DNA of 32,000 nt from Puniceicoccales bacterium (GCA_031288595.1 JAITRB010000018.1:2385-34384); one strand, 5' to 3'; positions 8,089-17,420 are shown, counted from the first letter of the stretch. Numbers and translations: made by a program. Notes: generated from the sequence alone by a model not told the origin.

Positions 8089-9258
8089 ATGATTTCCCTC
8101 GCCGATGGGAGAACAAGTCCTTTTCTGCCGAGCGTGAGGGTCATTCAGTCATACGTCTTGCGGGAAGGCCTTCTCCACAGCTCGCTTTCGGTTGCCCTCT
8201 TTGCCCTCGTCCTCCTCTCGGGCAACGCCATTCGGGATGTACTCGAACTGCTCGCCGATGGGAAGATCAGCCTTTTTTGCAGCCTGAAATTCCTCTGCAT
8301 TTTAAGCCCTTCTCTCATTTCCTACGCGCTACCCCTGGGCATTCTCACCGGCACCCTATGGACACTGGGTAAAATGGCCTCTCGGAACGAAATCCTTCTG
8401 ATAAAAAGCGCCGGCATCAGCCTCTTCCAAATCCTATCGCCCCTAATTCTCATCGCTCTGGGAGCGATGCTTCTCTCGCTCTTCATCAACTTCGAGTATG
8501 CGCCGAAGTCCATCGCCGGTTACCGGCGCTCGTTGCGAGAAATGGTCCGCGAGGACCCATTGCGCTATTTCCGTCCCGCGACCTTTGTGAGGGAATTCCC
8601 AGGTTATATCCTCTTTGCTCAGCGCCGCCAGGAGTCCTGCCTGGAGGATTTCCATGTCTGGGAGCTCGATTCCCAGGGACGGACGATGGCCACTGCCCAG
8701 GCGGAATCGGCCGAAGTGAGCTACGACCCTAATCAGGACACTTTGCTCTTGAGTCTCCACAGGGGGAGCGCCGAGAAGCGGCCCGATGATGCACCGGAGA
8801 ATATCGTGGAGCGATCGACCCCGACCCTTTTTTTCAAGTGCATGGATCTGCAATTGCCCCTAGGAAATCTCCTGGCCCATTGCGGTCCGGGCCAGGTGAG
8901 GCTCAAACACATGAGTTTGGGCGAGCTTTTACGGGCGAGGCGAGAGGCCATTCAGCGGGGCGATTTCGCGGGGCGTGTGGCGATTCAGCTGCAGATTCAA
9001 AAGCAAATCGTCATGGCCCTCGCCACGCTCTCGATGGTCTTGCTGGGCGCACCCCTCGCCATGAAATCCGCCCATGCTGAGATCTTCATCCATCTCTTCC
9101 TGGCCATTCTATTGGCCATGGGCTTTTATTTCTCGGTCATCGCCATTTCCTGGCTGGAAGATTTCCCGCACTGGCGGCCAGACCTCCTTCTCTGGATTCC
9201 TAACCTCCTCCTGCAAGTCCTCGGCTTCATCCTCTTCAGGAGAACGGCGAGGCATTGA
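8089..9258 (+). CDS. LPS export ABC transporter permease, LptF/LptG (YjgP/YjgQ) family
   Basis: The N-terminal IQSYVLREGL resembles the family's N-terminal (I/L)xRY(I/L)xREF motif. There are three N-terminal TM segments, a soluble middle domain and three C-terminal TM segments. The ORF is open from 8035. I prefer ATG 8089; a GTG near 8131 is also possible. Confidence 0.8.
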   Translation: MISLADGRTSPFLPSVRVIQSYVLREGLLHSSLSVALFALVLLSGNAIRDVLELLADGKISLFCSLKFLCILSPSLISYALPLGILTGTLWTLGKMASRNEILLIKSAGISLFQILSPLILIALGAMLLSLFINFEYAPKSIAGYRRSLREMVREDPLRYFRPATFVREFPGYILFAQRRQESCLEDFHVWELDSQGRTMATAQAESAEVSYDPNQDTLLLSLHRGSAEKRPDDAPENIVERSTPTLFFKCMDLQLPLGNLLAHCGPGQVRLKHMSLGELLRARREAIQRGDFAGRVAIQLQIQKQIVMALATLSMVLLGAPLAMKSAHAEIFIHLFLAILLAMGFYFSVIAISWLEDFPHWRPDLLLWIPNLLLQVLGFILFRRTARH

Positions 9259-9387
9259 GGACTGCGATGAGGAGGAGTGGCAAGGGAAAAGGCAAACCTT
9301 GCCCAATTCCAGCTGAAGGCTTGGGGCGAAGAGAGGGAATTTGGGCGAAAGATCGGGAAAGATCGGTTGTCGGAAGTGGTCATTTTC

Positions 9388-9474
9388 TTCGCTGTCTTTG
9401 GATCCCGAAGGGATCGCTCGCGAAGCGAGCCCCAGGATGAAAAGCTTGCTTTTCATCCTGGCAAAGACAGCGAA
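9388..9474 (+). repeat. Cloverleaf intergenic element, copy J
   Basis: Closing stem is TTCGCTGTCTTTG 9388-9400 with CAAAGACAGCGAA 9462-9474. Arm 1 is GATCCC-GAA-GGGATC at 9401-9415. Arm 2 is GCTCGC-GAA-GCGAGC at 9416-9430. Arm 3 is CCAGGATGAAAAGC-TT-GCTTTTCATCCTGG at 9432-9461. It lies between the convergent lptF/G-like and TPR genes. Confidence 0.85.
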
Positions 9475-9575
9475 CATAGCGAAGGACGCAATCCCCCCAA
9501 CACTAGGAACCAAGCGAAAAATACCTAAAAACTTCCTCTGCCAGAAGGAGAAAAGGAGGGATTTCCCCGAAAACA

Positions 9576-10250
9576 TCACGCCGAGGCTTTCGGAGAGAAG
9601 CCTTGGGCCAGCGCGCCTGGGGATGCTCTCTGCGTCGCCGTCTCCCGGAACGCCGAGGCTTCCGCCGTATGCTGTTTCTCCAGGGTATCGTCGACAGAGG
9701 ATTGCCAGAGCAGGTCACGGGCCTTGACATTTTCAGGATCGTGGCCCAGGACAAAATTGGCCATTTCAACGGCTTCGGAAAAATGCCCACAGCCCAGATA
9801 AGCCTCGCCCAGACGGATGAGGTCCGACAGCTTTCTCCTCTGGCCATCGATGTTTTCGATGCAGAAAATGGCCGTCTGGAAATATTCGAGCTGAATGGCC
9901 AGGCGGCTCATGAGGCGCCATACCGCATCCCCCTTCAGCGATATATCCAAGAGGGAATCCAGCAGAACCAGGCATTCCTTTCTCTTTTCCCTCAGCTGCA
10001 GCGAGAGGAAGGCCAGTTTTATCCAGGTCCCCAAAAATAGCCCCAGCTTCTGGCCCCATGTCTTCCGGATGGCTCCACTCCTTCGCAGGTGCAACAGCAG
10101 CTGCCGTGCTTCCACGTAATCCGGATTGCGCCGTAGAAGTTCCTGGCAGAGAAAAACCGCATAGGAATTATCCCGACCCGATGCGCTCAGATCCTTCGCC
10201 CGTTCGTACAGGGCCTGTTCTTCCCGATTGCTCAATAAAAACTGATCCAT
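9576..10250 (-). CDS. TPR-repeat-like hypothetical protein
   Basis: Helical-repeat segments resemble TPRs: AVFLCQELLRRNPDYVEARQLLL and LGEAYLGCGHFSEAVEMANFVLGHDPENVKARDLL. The ORF is open to 10310. Starting at MDQFLLS (10250) avoids overlap with the glmM 3' end. No specific family was recognised. Confidence 0.5.
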   Translation of the reverse strand: MDQFLLSNREEQALYERAKDLSASGRDNSYAVFLCQELLRRNPDYVEARQLLLHLRRSGAIRKTWGQKLGLFLGTWIKLAFLSLQLREKRKECLVLLDSLLDISLKGDAVWRLMSRLAIQLEYFQTAIFCIENIDGQRRKLSDLIRLGEAYLGCGHFSEAVEMANFVLGHDPENVKARDLLWQSSVDDTLEKQHTAEASAFRETATQRASPGALAQGFSPKASA

Positions 10251-10279
10251 ATACAATCCGCCAGTCCATTCCCCTAAAT

Positions 10280-11635
10280 CTAAACAAATTCCAGGTATTT
10301 GGCGACCCATTCTTTCAATGCCGCCATCGTCGCCTCCACGGCATCGTTTTCGGCTGCTTCCACGAGGAGGCGGATCTGGGGCTCCGTTCCCGAATAGCGC
10401 ACGAAAATGCGTCCCTCGCAGCCCATGTTCTCTTCCAGTCGACGACAGCCCTCCTGAAATCCGGCCAGTGCAGCCAGAGGGGGTTTGGCCGCCACCGGAA
10501 GGCTGCAGATTTTTTGCGGAAAGAGCAGGATTTCTTCCCGTAGTTCCCGGAAGGGGCGCCGTGTTCTCGACAGGAGGGAGAGAAGCAAGATGGCCGTCAG
10601 CATTCCATCGCCACCGGGGGCCAGGTCGCGGAAAATGATATGGCCCGAGGCCTCACCGCCCAAGCGGGCTCCTGAGACCAACATCCTCTTCCAAACCGGG
10701 GCATCTCCGACATCGGAGCGCAGAACCTCTATCCCCTTCCGTCTCAGGGAATGGTCCAGCCCGGTATTGCTCATGACTGTCGCGACGCAGCGATGATGCG
10801 CCAGCTTTCCCCGATATTCTAAGTCCAGAGCGAAAATGCCCAGCAATTGGTCGCCGGGCACGCGCACTCCGTCCCCGTCACAGACCACGCAGCGGTCACC
10901 ATCGCCATCGAAGGCAATGCCCAAATCCGCTCCGGATTTCAGGACTTGTTCTGCCAGAAATTCCACGTGCTCACTGCCCACGCCGGCATTGATGTTATGC
11001 CCATCCGCCTCCCGGGCGACGCAGAGGACATCGGTTCCTGGAGAGGAAAAGACCTCTGAGACGAAATCGCTCGTCGCGCCGTGGGCCGCATCGATGAGCA
11101 GGCACTTCAGAGGAAGCTGCCCAGGCCAATGCCTCCTCAGCCATGTGATATAGCTGTCGGCAAAGGACGAGTTCCTCAAATTCGGCCCTGAAGCCCCTGC
11201 ATCCTTCGATGCCAGAGGCTCTTTGGAAGAATGGGTTCCCATTTCATCCAGCCGCCTCTCGATGCCGGCCAGCTCCGTATCCGGCAATTTCTGGGCCTCG
11301 GGGCCCAGGAGCTTGAAACCGTTATCCGTGGCCGGATTGTGGGAGGCGGTGATCATGACACCCAAATCCGCTCCCAAGCTCGTCACGGCCATCGCCAGGG
11401 CCGGTGTCGGAAGGATGCCCAAATCCACAATGGACAGATGCTTCCCGAGCCCACGGACGAATGCCTCCGCGAGATTTTTTCCCGAAAAGCGGGTATCGCG
11501 GCCCAGCAGCAGGGTTTTGCCTCCTCTTTCCCCCAAATATCCCGCTAGGGCCAACCCCAAATGATGGGCCCCTTCCTCAGTCACCGGGAACTGACCATAG
11601 GTCCCGCGGATGCCATCTGTACCGAAATAACGCAT
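10280..11635 (-). CDS. glmM: Phosphoglucosamine mutase
   Basis: Motifs are MRYFGTDGIRG at the start, the phosphoserine loop ITASHNPATDNGFK, the metal loop FDGDGDR and the sugar loop GGEASGH. The ORF is open to 11689, but the homology-consistent start MRYFGTDGIRG is at 11635, which also removes overlap with mraY. Confidence 0.95.
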   Translation of the reverse strand: MRYFGTDGIRGTYGQFPVTEEGAHHLGLALAGYLGERGGKTLLLGRDTRFSGKNLAEAFVRGLGKHLSIVDLGILPTPALAMAVTSLGADLGVMITASHNPATDNGFKLLGPEAQKLPDTELAGIERRLDEMGTHSSKEPLASKDAGASGPNLRNSSFADSYITWLRRHWPGQLPLKCLLIDAAHGATSDFVSEVFSSPGTDVLCVAREADGHNINAGVGSEHVEFLAEQVLKSGADLGIAFDGDGDRCVVCDGDGVRVPGDQLLGIFALDLEYRGKLAHHRCVATVMSNTGLDHSLRRKGIEVLRSDVGDAPVWKRMLVSGARLGGEASGHIIFRDLAPGGDGMLTAILLLSLLSRTRRPFRELREEILLFPQKICSLPVAAKPPLAALAGFQEGCRRLEENMGCEGRIFVRYSGTEPQIRLLVEAAENDAVEATMAALKEWVAKYLEFV

Positions 11636-11649
11636 CGTCCCAAAGTATT

Positions 11650-12756
11650 CTATCGCAGCTTGAGCGTTGCTAGACCCAGCAACAGGCACAGGAAGGATAC
11701 GATCCAGAAACGCACCACCAGTTTGGGTTCCGGAATGCCGGATAGTTCAAAGTGATGGTGCAGCGGGGCCATTCTCAAGACCCGCCGGCCTCCCCGCCAG
11801 CGAAAGGAAGCCACCTGTAAGATCACGGATAGGGTCTCGGCGACGAACACCGCCCCCACCAGCACCAGCAAAAAGGGCTGTTTCACCAGAAAGGCGATCG
11901 TTCCCACAAGCCCTCCTATGGCCAGCGAGCCCGTGTCGCCCATGAAGATTTCCGCCGGATGGGCGTTGTACCAGAGGAAGACCAGACAGGCACCGGCCAG
12001 TGCTGCACACAGGACGGCCAGTTCGCCGCTGCCGGACACGGGACTCAGGTGGAGGTAGCTCGCCACCAGGGCATTGCCCGTGAGGTAGGCCATGAGGGTG
12101 AAGAAGAGGATCGTCATCAGCGCACAGCCCGTAGCCAAACCATCGATGCCATCCGTAAGGTTGATCGCATTGCTCGTCCCCGACAGCACGCAGAAGAAAA
12201 AGAGACCCACCAGCCAACCGGGAAGATCTGAAAGGAGCGGGTGTTTGAAAAAGGGGAAACAGAGCTCGGCATAGGATTGCCGCCATTCCGGTGAATGCGC
12301 CCATAGGACGGCCAGCACAAGCGCCGTCAGCAATCCCTGGATGGCCATCTTCAGCCACCAGGGAAGCCCATGGCTGCTTCGGTGGGAAATTTTGAGAAAA
12401 TCGTCGCCGAAGCCCAGCAGGGTCAGCGCCACATAGACCAGCAGCGACAGACCCACCAAGGTATTCCAGCGCACCCAGAGGAAGGCACTGCTGAGCGTGG
12501 AGAAGAAGATGAGCAACCCGCCCATCGTCGGTGTGTGCTCCTTGGCCGCATGCAGCTCGGCCAGGCGATGGACCTCCCGAGCCGTTCGCTGGGCCTGCTC
12601 CATCCCCCGGCAGCACAGGTAGCGCCGCATCGGCCCGGCGATGAGGAAGCCGATGATGACTGATGTGAATAGGGCCATCAGCATGCGGAAACTGAGGTAG
12701 CGGAAGAGGCGCAAAGGCCCCCAGTGAGGCTCCAGTTTGTAGAGCGCTTGCAGCAT
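11650..12756 (-). CDS. mraY: Phospho-N-acetylmuramoyl-pentapeptide transferase
   Basis: 368-aa polytopic membrane ORF with MraY blocks TPTMGG, NAINLTDGIDGLA, MGDTGSLAIGG and APLHHHFEL. Confidence 0.97.
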   Translation of the reverse strand: MLQALYKLEPHWGPLRLFRYLSFRMLMALFTSVIIGFLIAGPMRRYLCCRGMEQAQRTAREVHRLAELHAAKEHTPTMGGLLIFFSTLSSAFLWVRWNTLVGLSLLVYVALTLLGFGDDFLKISHRSSHGLPWWLKMAIQGLLTALVLAVLWAHSPEWRQSYAELCFPFFKHPLLSDLPGWLVGLFFFCVLSGTSNAINLTDGIDGLATGCALMTILFFTLMAYLTGNALVASYLHLSPVSGSGELAVLCAALAGACLVFLWYNAHPAEIFMGDTGSLAIGGLVGTIAFLVKQPFLLVLVGAVFVAETLSVILQVASFRWRGGRRVLRMAPLHHHFELSGIPEPKLVVRFWIVSFLCLLLGLATLKLR

Positions 12757-12849
12757 GGGAATCGACTAGCAAGAACGCTAGGCAAAGAGAAGCTCCTCTT
12801 CAAGAGGATTCCATCGCCTTCTTCTCCAGTGCTGGAGCCTTAGTTTCAA

Positions 12850-12939
12850 CGCCTTAGGAGCCCGAAGGGCTCCTGTCCGCTCTGCGGACGGCGCTGGGGA
12901 AAAATAAAAAGCTTTTTATTTTTCCCCAGCGCCAAGGCG
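12850..12939 (+). repeat. Cloverleaf intergenic element, copy B
   Basis: Closing stem is CGCCTT 12850-12855 with AAGGCG 12934-12939. Arm 1 is AGGAGCCC-GAA-GGGCTCCT at 12856-12874. Arm 2 is GTCCGC-TCT-GCGGAC at 12875-12889. Arm 3 is GGCGCTGGGGAAAAATAAAAAGC/TTTTTATTTTTCCCCAGCGCC at 12890-12933. It lies between the divergent mraY and MBL-hydrolase starts. Confidence 0.85.
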
Positions 12940-13061
12940 GCGAAGCAAACCGGCCATGCCCCCAATTCCCCTTCACTCGCCGAACAACTCCCACAGGATA
13001 TAAACTTGGATACAGACCGTTTTTCATTGCCCATCTTACCCCATCCCCTTAGGACTAGGGC

Positions 13062-13856
13062 GTGCTTCGCTCACTCCAGTTCCTCGCCAGCAGCAGCCAG
13101 GGAAATGCTGCCGTTCTCAGCACCGACCAAAGCCGCATCCTCATCGATGCCGGACTTTCCGGAAAGCAAATCCTACAGCATCTGGCCTATTACTCCCTGC
13201 ATATTCAGGACATCGACGCCGTATTCCTGAGCCACGAGCACAGTGACCATACCCAGGGCATCCGTGGACTCGCCTCTTTCCGGCACCTTCAGTTCTTCGC
13301 CAACCACGCCACGAAGCATGCGCTACAGGCAAAGCACGACTACGCCATCCACTGGCAGAACTTTGACACCGGGGACTCCTTCGTATTTCGCGACATCGCG
13401 GTCACGACCCATGCCATTCCCCATGACGCGGAAGATCCTATTGCCTATACCTTCAGCTCCACCGCCGAACAGGAACAGCGCCTCAGCTGGATGACCGACC
13501 TGGGCTATATTTCCCCAAGTCTCAACTCCCTCATTCGGGACACCCGAGTGCTCGTGCTGGAGGCCAATTTCGATCCCGGGCTCCTGGAGAGCGACCTGTC
13601 CCGTCCCTGGTCACTCAAGCAGCGCATCCGCGGGCGCCATGGGCACCTCTCCAACACAGCGGCGCTGAACGGACTCTGTGAACAAGTGCCCACCAGGGCC
13701 CAAAAGGTATTTTTGGCCCATCTGAGCCGCGACTGCAATGATCCCAAGATCCTAATCGGGCTCATCGCTGAGGCGAGAAAGCAGCACCCGCTGCTCCCTC
13801 CCGATATCGAGCCCATCGCTCCCGGCAGCGCCCTGGGCATTCAGTATCTCTTCTGA
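13062..13856 (+). CDS. MBL-fold metallo-hydrolase (YycJ/PhnP-like)
   Basis: GTG-start 264-aa ORF. The N-terminus LQFLASSSQGNAAVLS...ILIDAGLS is typical of the family. The metal motif is LSHEHSDH (HxHxDH), and later His/Asp ligand positions are present. Confidence 0.85.
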   Translation: MLRSLQFLASSSQGNAAVLSTDQSRILIDAGLSGKQILQHLAYYSLHIQDIDAVFLSHEHSDHTQGIRGLASFRHLQFFANHATKHALQAKHDYAIHWQNFDTGDSFVFRDIAVTTHAIPHDAEDPIAYTFSSTAEQEQRLSWMTDLGYISPSLNSLIRDTRVLVLEANFDPGLLESDLSRPWSLKQRIRGRHGHLSNTAALNGLCEQVPTRAQKVFLAHLSRDCNDPKILIGLIAEARKQHPLLPPDIEPIAPGSALGIQYLF

Positions 13857-13925
13857 GCTCAATCGGCAAGTTTCGTTGGCAAACTGTGCTCGCACTGAAC
13901 CTTGTCGCCGATTGAAGCGTCTGAA

Positions 13926-14022
13926 GGCCGCCTTGAGAGCCCTTCGGGCTCTGGCCTGCTCCGCAGGCTGCGCTTGAGGAAAGCTAAAGGCCTTTTAGCT
14001 TTCCTCAAGCGCCAAGGCGGCC
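13926..14022 (+). repeat. Cloverleaf intergenic element, copy C
   Basis: Closing stem is GGCCGCCTTG 13926-13935 with CAAGGCGGCC 14013-14022. Arm 1 is AGAGCCC-TTC-GGGCTCT at 13936-13952. Arm 2 is GCCTGC-TCC-GCAGGC at 13954-13968. Arm 3 is GCGCTTGAGGAAAGCTAAA-GGCCT-TTTAGCTTTCCTCAAGCGC at 13970-14012. It lies between the MBL hydrolase and dgkA. Confidence 0.85.
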
Positions 14023-14161
14023 CACGGAAACCCTAGTCCCCAAAATTCCCAGTACCTGAACAGTCGTCGATGAACTCCCCCAAAGCCTCCCCACCCTCAT
14101 GAACCCTTTCCGAAGGACAGCCTCGACAAGGATCTAAACCCATCTAAGCTAAGGGATTCCT

Positions 14162-14518
14162 ATGTTTCTGGAGCGCTTCGTCTGGCGGCCCCTGCGTTAC
14201 TCCCTGGACGGTCTCGCCTATCTCCTCCAAGAGCGGGCCTTTCGGGAAGAGCTTTTGGTCGGAGGCATTTTATGGGGCATTTCCTTCCAGCGCATCGGCT
14301 ACTGTACTCCGCAGGCTCTGCTGACGCTCGCCTGGGGACTCGTCCTGCTGACGGAAGCATTGAATTCGGCCATCGAAAGCCTCGTCAACCTCCTTTCGCC
14401 CCGGAAACATTCTCTGGCCAAGAGGGCTAAGGACATCGGCAGCGCAGCTGTTTTCATCGCCGTTCTCAGCGGACTCGGCATCTTCGCCTTCTGCCTGAAT
14501 ATTCCAGTCCATGGATGA
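14162..14518 (+). CDS. dgkA: Diacylglycerol kinase (DgkA family; undecaprenol kinase possible)
   Basis: 118-aa three-TM protein with the DgkA signature region EALNSAIESLVN and the downstream AKDIGSAAV. Confidence 0.85.
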   Translation: MFLERFVWRPLRYSLDGLAYLLQERAFREELLVGGILWGISFQRIGYCTPQALLTLAWGLVLLTEALNSAIESLVNLLSPRKHSLAKRAKDIGSAAVFIAVLSGLGIFAFCLNIPVHG

Positions 14519-15263
14519 AAAGGTCCACTTTCTCCTCACGCTTCAGGAGTACGAGCAGCGGCAGAGCCGGATCGACCTGAAGGTACCCGAGCGGCACCGC
14601 CATCAGCTGGAGGAGAAGAAACATGACCTGCAGGAAGAGCTCGCCCAGGCACGGCAGGAATTGCTCCGGGGGCAGCGGCAGATTACGGGGAACGAACGGG
14701 AACTCAAGGAATGGGAGGAAGAGCTCCATCAATGCCTGGGCCAGCAGGTTCTCAGCAAAAAACCGGAGGCCTTTCGGGCGCTGGGAGACAAAATCGCCCA
14801 GCTGCGGGAAAAAATTTCCCAGAGCGAAGATTCCATTCTGCAAGAGCTGGAGGCTCAAGAGGAGAAAGGACAAGCGTTCGTCCGACTCGAAGAGGAAATC
14901 TGGGAGCAAATAGCCTCGTTGGAGCAGGAGATGGTGACCCAAGGGACGCTTTTGGCCGAATCGGAACAGGCCCTTCGGGTTTTGGAGGAGAAGATAAAGA
15001 CCTTTCGCGAAACCATCGTCGAACCGGAATACCTGAATCTCTACGATCAGGTCAGGGCTCGAGGTGTCGCTTTCCCCTGGGTTACGGCCATCGTCGAGCA
15101 TCGCTGCCAGGGCTGCCACATCCGTCTATCGCCGGAACAGGATGTATTTTTTCGTCAAAATCCCTGCGGGCATTCCTTCTGCGAGCAGTGCGGACGGCTC
15201 CTCTACCGGCCAAATGTCCGAGCAGGGATGGAAGACGGAGAAGCGGAAACCGGTTCGGACTAA
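14511..15263 (+). CDS. Coiled-coil zinc-ribbon protein (COG1579-like C4 Zn-ribbon, possible nucleic-acid binding)
   Basis: A long E/Q/L-rich coiled coil is followed by CQGCHIRLSPEQ...CEQCGRLLY (CxxC...CxxC). It overlaps the dgkA stop by 8 nt, so it is probably co-transcribed. Confidence 0.7.
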   Translation: MDEKVHFLLTLQEYEQRQSRIDLKVPERHRHQLEEKKHDLQEELAQARQELLRGQRQITGNERELKEWEEELHQCLGQQVLSKKPEAFRALGDKIAQLREKISQSEDSILQELEAQEEKGQAFVRLEEEIWEQIASLEQEMVTQGTLLAESEQALRVLEEKIKTFRETIVEPEYLNLYDQVRARGVAFPWVTAIVEHRCQGCHIRLSPEQDVFFRQNPCGHSFCEQCGRLLYRPNVRAGMEDGEAETGSD

Positions 15264-15313
15264 ATTTTCCCTCTTCTTTCCCGCCCTTTAAAGTGGATTC
15301 GGCATTCTCTTCA

Positions 15314-15397
15314 CTGGCTTTGTAAGAGGGGAAGGGAAGACTTCCTTCCCCTCTTAAGGCCCGCTTCGCGGGCGATTCCTCCGGAATCCAAAGCCAG
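15314..15397 (-). repeat. Cloverleaf intergenic element, copy E
   Basis: Read on the minus strand. Closing stem is CTGGCTTTG/CAAAGCCAG (15314-15322 and 15389-15397). Arm 1 is GATTCC-GGA-GGAATC. Arm 2 is GCCCGC-GAA-GCGGGC. Arm 3 is TAAGAGGGGAAGGAAG-TC-TTCC(C)TTCCCCTCTTA. It is antisense to both flanking plus-strand genes (the Zn-ribbon gene and hisS). Confidence 0.85.
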
Positions 15398-15514
15398 CGA
15401 AGACCCACCGAGAGCCAATACCGGAGCCTTCTGTTCTCATCGACCCACTCCGAGTTCCTGAACGACAAATGGCGTTGCCATGAGGGGCATTTTCCCTTTG
15501 CAAAAATACGCGTC

Positions 15515-16876
15515 ATGTTCCAGCACCTGCCAGGGTTTCGCGATTTCTATCCCCAAGATTGTCGCATTCGCCACCATTTGTTCCGGGAAATGCGCTTCTG
15601 CGCCGAGCAATTCGGCTTCGAAGAATACGACGCTCCCGTCCTAGAACCCCTGGAGCTCTTCACCACCAAATCCGGAGAGGAAATCGAACAGCAGCTCTTC
15701 GGCTTCAGCGACCGCGGCGGACGGGCTGTCGCACTGCGCCCCGAGATGACGCCCTCCCTCGTCCGAATGGTTGGCGCCAAAATCTCTTCGCTGAAAAAGC
15801 CTATCCGCTGGTTCTCCATCGCCGAGCAGTTCCGCTACGAACGGCCCCAAAAGGGCCGACTGCGCTCTTTTTTTCAGCTCAATGCCGACATTTTGGGCGA
15901 GGAATCCATCGCCGCCGAGGCGGAAATCATCGCCCTGGGCATCCACACCTTGCAAAAATTGGGACTGATCCACGAAGACTTCCACGTGCGACTCAGCGAC
16001 CGGCAGCTCTGGGCGCTGTTCCTGAAAGCCAATGGCCTGCCTCCGGAGCTCATACCGCCTGTTCTCGGCATCATCGACAAGATGGGGCGGGAAAGGTCAC
16101 CGACCTCCCCCGCCCATTTGGCGGTCTTAGCTCCCGAGATCTCATCGGGAGCCTGGGAAGAACTATTCCAGAGAATCGGCCAGTTTCGTTCCTTGCAGGA
16201 TGCCTCAAAGCTCTCGATGTTCCTGCAGGGTCAGGCCGTTGATCCTTACCTTCGCTCCGCCATCGGACAGCGTCTGGAAGAGCTGGAGTTGCTGCTGTCG
16301 CGATTGGAGATCATGGGCTACCGCGCCTTCATCACCCTGGACTTCAGCATCGTCCGCGGACTGGCCTACTACACTGGTTTTATCTTCGAATTTTTCGAAC
16401 GACAGGACGGTACTCAAGAGAACCCTACGAGGGCCCTGGCCGGTGGCGGGCATTATGACGAGCTCTTTCAGAAATTCGGCTACTCCCCTCTTCCAGCCGT
16501 CGGTCTAGCCATAGGCGACGTCCCACTGCTGGAGCTTTTGAGTAAAAAAGAAAAACTGCCCCCCGTTGCCTTCACGCGGGACATCTCGCTTCTCTTCGAT
16601 TCTCTAGAAGGAGAATCCTCCGCCCTCAGCGATGCCACTGCGCTGCGCCGGATGGGCTATGCCATCACCTACACACTGCAAAAGGGGAAGACGATTTCGA
16701 GGCAATTGAAGCAGATGGAGCCTGGGAACGCGACTTGGATTTGCCTCTATGAGGCAGAACTTCTCCTGGAGCAGAAGGTAGTCCTGCGCCATTTCGCAAA
16801 TCGCGAAGAGCGGATCCTCCCAAGGGAAAACCTCCTGAGATTCCTCTCCGAAAATTTTCCTAAAAGAGTTTCCTAA
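15515..16876 (+). CDS. hisS: Histidine--tRNA ligase
   Basis: Blocks are LPGFRDFYP, motif 1/2 region ALRPEMTPSLVRMV and FRYERPQKGRLRSFFQ, the His-specific peptides VRGLAYYTG and AGGGHYD, and a C-terminal anticodon-binding-like domain. At 453 aa it is too long for HisZ. Confidence 0.85.
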   Translation: MFQHLPGFRDFYPQDCRIRHHLFREMRFCAEQFGFEEYDAPVLEPLELFTTKSGEEIEQQLFGFSDRGGRAVALRPEMTPSLVRMVGAKISSLKKPIRWFSIAEQFRYERPQKGRLRSFFQLNADILGEESIAAEAEIIALGIHTLQKLGLIHEDFHVRLSDRQLWALFLKANGLPPELIPPVLGIIDKMGRERSPTSPAHLAVLAPEISSGAWEELFQRIGQFRSLQDASKLSMFLQGQAVDPYLRSAIGQRLEELELLLSRLEIMGYRAFITLDFSIVRGLAYYTGFIFEFFERQDGTQENPTRALAGGGHYDELFQKFGYSPLPAVGLAIGDVPLLELLSKKEKLPPVAFTRDISLLFDSLEGESSALSDATALRRMGYAITYTLQKGKTISRQLKQMEPGNATWICLYEAELLLEQKVVLRHFANREERILPRENLLRFLSENFPKRVS

Positions 16877-16882
16877 ATCCCG

Positions 16883-17242
16883 ATGGATTCTTTAGCGTCT
16901 TCTCCGCCTGAACCTTTGCCCTGTGATGCCGATTGCTTCTGGGAGCAGCTCAAGACCGTCCTCGATCCGGATGTGAATGTCAATGTGGTCGACCTGGGCC
17001 TGATCTACGGCATCAGTGTCGAGCCGTGCTCTGCTGAAGGGGAACATTCCCATCGCGTCTCCGTGCAGATGACGCTCACTTCTCCCACCTGTCCTCTGGG
17101 CGATTACCTCCTTACGGAGGTGAAGCAGTGCATCGAAAATCATCCCGCGGTCAAGGAGGTCCAGGTCGAGCTCGTCTGGGAACCGCCATGGCATAAGGAC
17201 ATGATCACCGAAGCCGGACGGATGGAACTGGGTTGGCTATGA
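16883..17242 (+). CDS. DUF59 / MIP18-family Fe-S cluster assembly protein (SufT/PaaD-like)
   Basis: 119 aa with VLDPDVNVNVVDLGLIYGI and the conserved TSPTCPLGD cysteine region typical of DUF59 domains. Confidence 0.8.
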   Translation: MDSLASSPPEPLPCDADCFWEQLKTVLDPDVNVNVVDLGLIYGISVEPCSAEGEHSHRVSVQMTLTSPTCPLGDYLLTEVKQCIENHPAVKEVQVELVWEPPWHKDMITEAGRMELGWL

Positions 17243-17342
17243 ATTTTCCCCAATCGCCACTTCCCAACCATCCCTTTCTTATTTTCTCGGCGCATCATTT
17301 TACCTTGAGAAATTTCGGCAGTTTCCTCTATGAGCGTTATCT

Positions 17343-17416
17343 TGCCCGATGGTGTAACGGTAGCACAACGGATTCTGGATCCGTTTGTCTAGGTTCGAAT
17401 CCTAGTCGGGCAGCCA
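17343..17416 (+). tRNA. tRNA-Gln (anticodon CUG), CCA encoded
   Basis: TGCCCGA-TG-GTGT-AACGGTA-GCAC-A-ACGGA-TTCTGGA-TCCGT-TTGT-CTAGG-TTCGAAT-CCTAG-TCGGGCA-G-CCA. All four stems pair. Confidence 0.93.
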
Positions 17417-17420
17417 GTTT

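Noticed and set aside
9277-9528. ORF-track ORFs lying over the cloverleaf elements and their spacers, for example 9277-9528, 9341-9727, 5899-6108, 7429-7800, 17610-17879, 12846-13034 and 25825-26007.
   Set aside because: They are built from palindromic repeat sequence, have low-complexity Arg/Pro/Gly-rich translations and match no recognisable family. Their existence on both strands is explained by the inverted repeats.
13859-13915. A possible eleventh, miniature copy. TCAATCGGC pairs with GCCGATTGA and encloses two weak hairpins just after the MBL-hydrolase stop.
   Set aside because: The inner hairpins are only 3-4 bp. There are no GCCCGC-type or GATTCC-type arms and no long third arm. It is more likely a local terminator-like structure or chance.
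15515-16876. HisRS has GGGHYD instead of the usual GGGRYD, and AIGDVPL where many HisRS have G-x-ER-L (motif 3).
   Set aside because: I recall a HisRS subfamily with G-x-GD-V in this position, but I cannot verify here whether His in place of Arg is normal for it. All other catalytic blocks and the anticodon-binding domain are intact. It is not solid enough to claim a pseudo-enzyme or a HisZ-like role. A family alignment would settle it.
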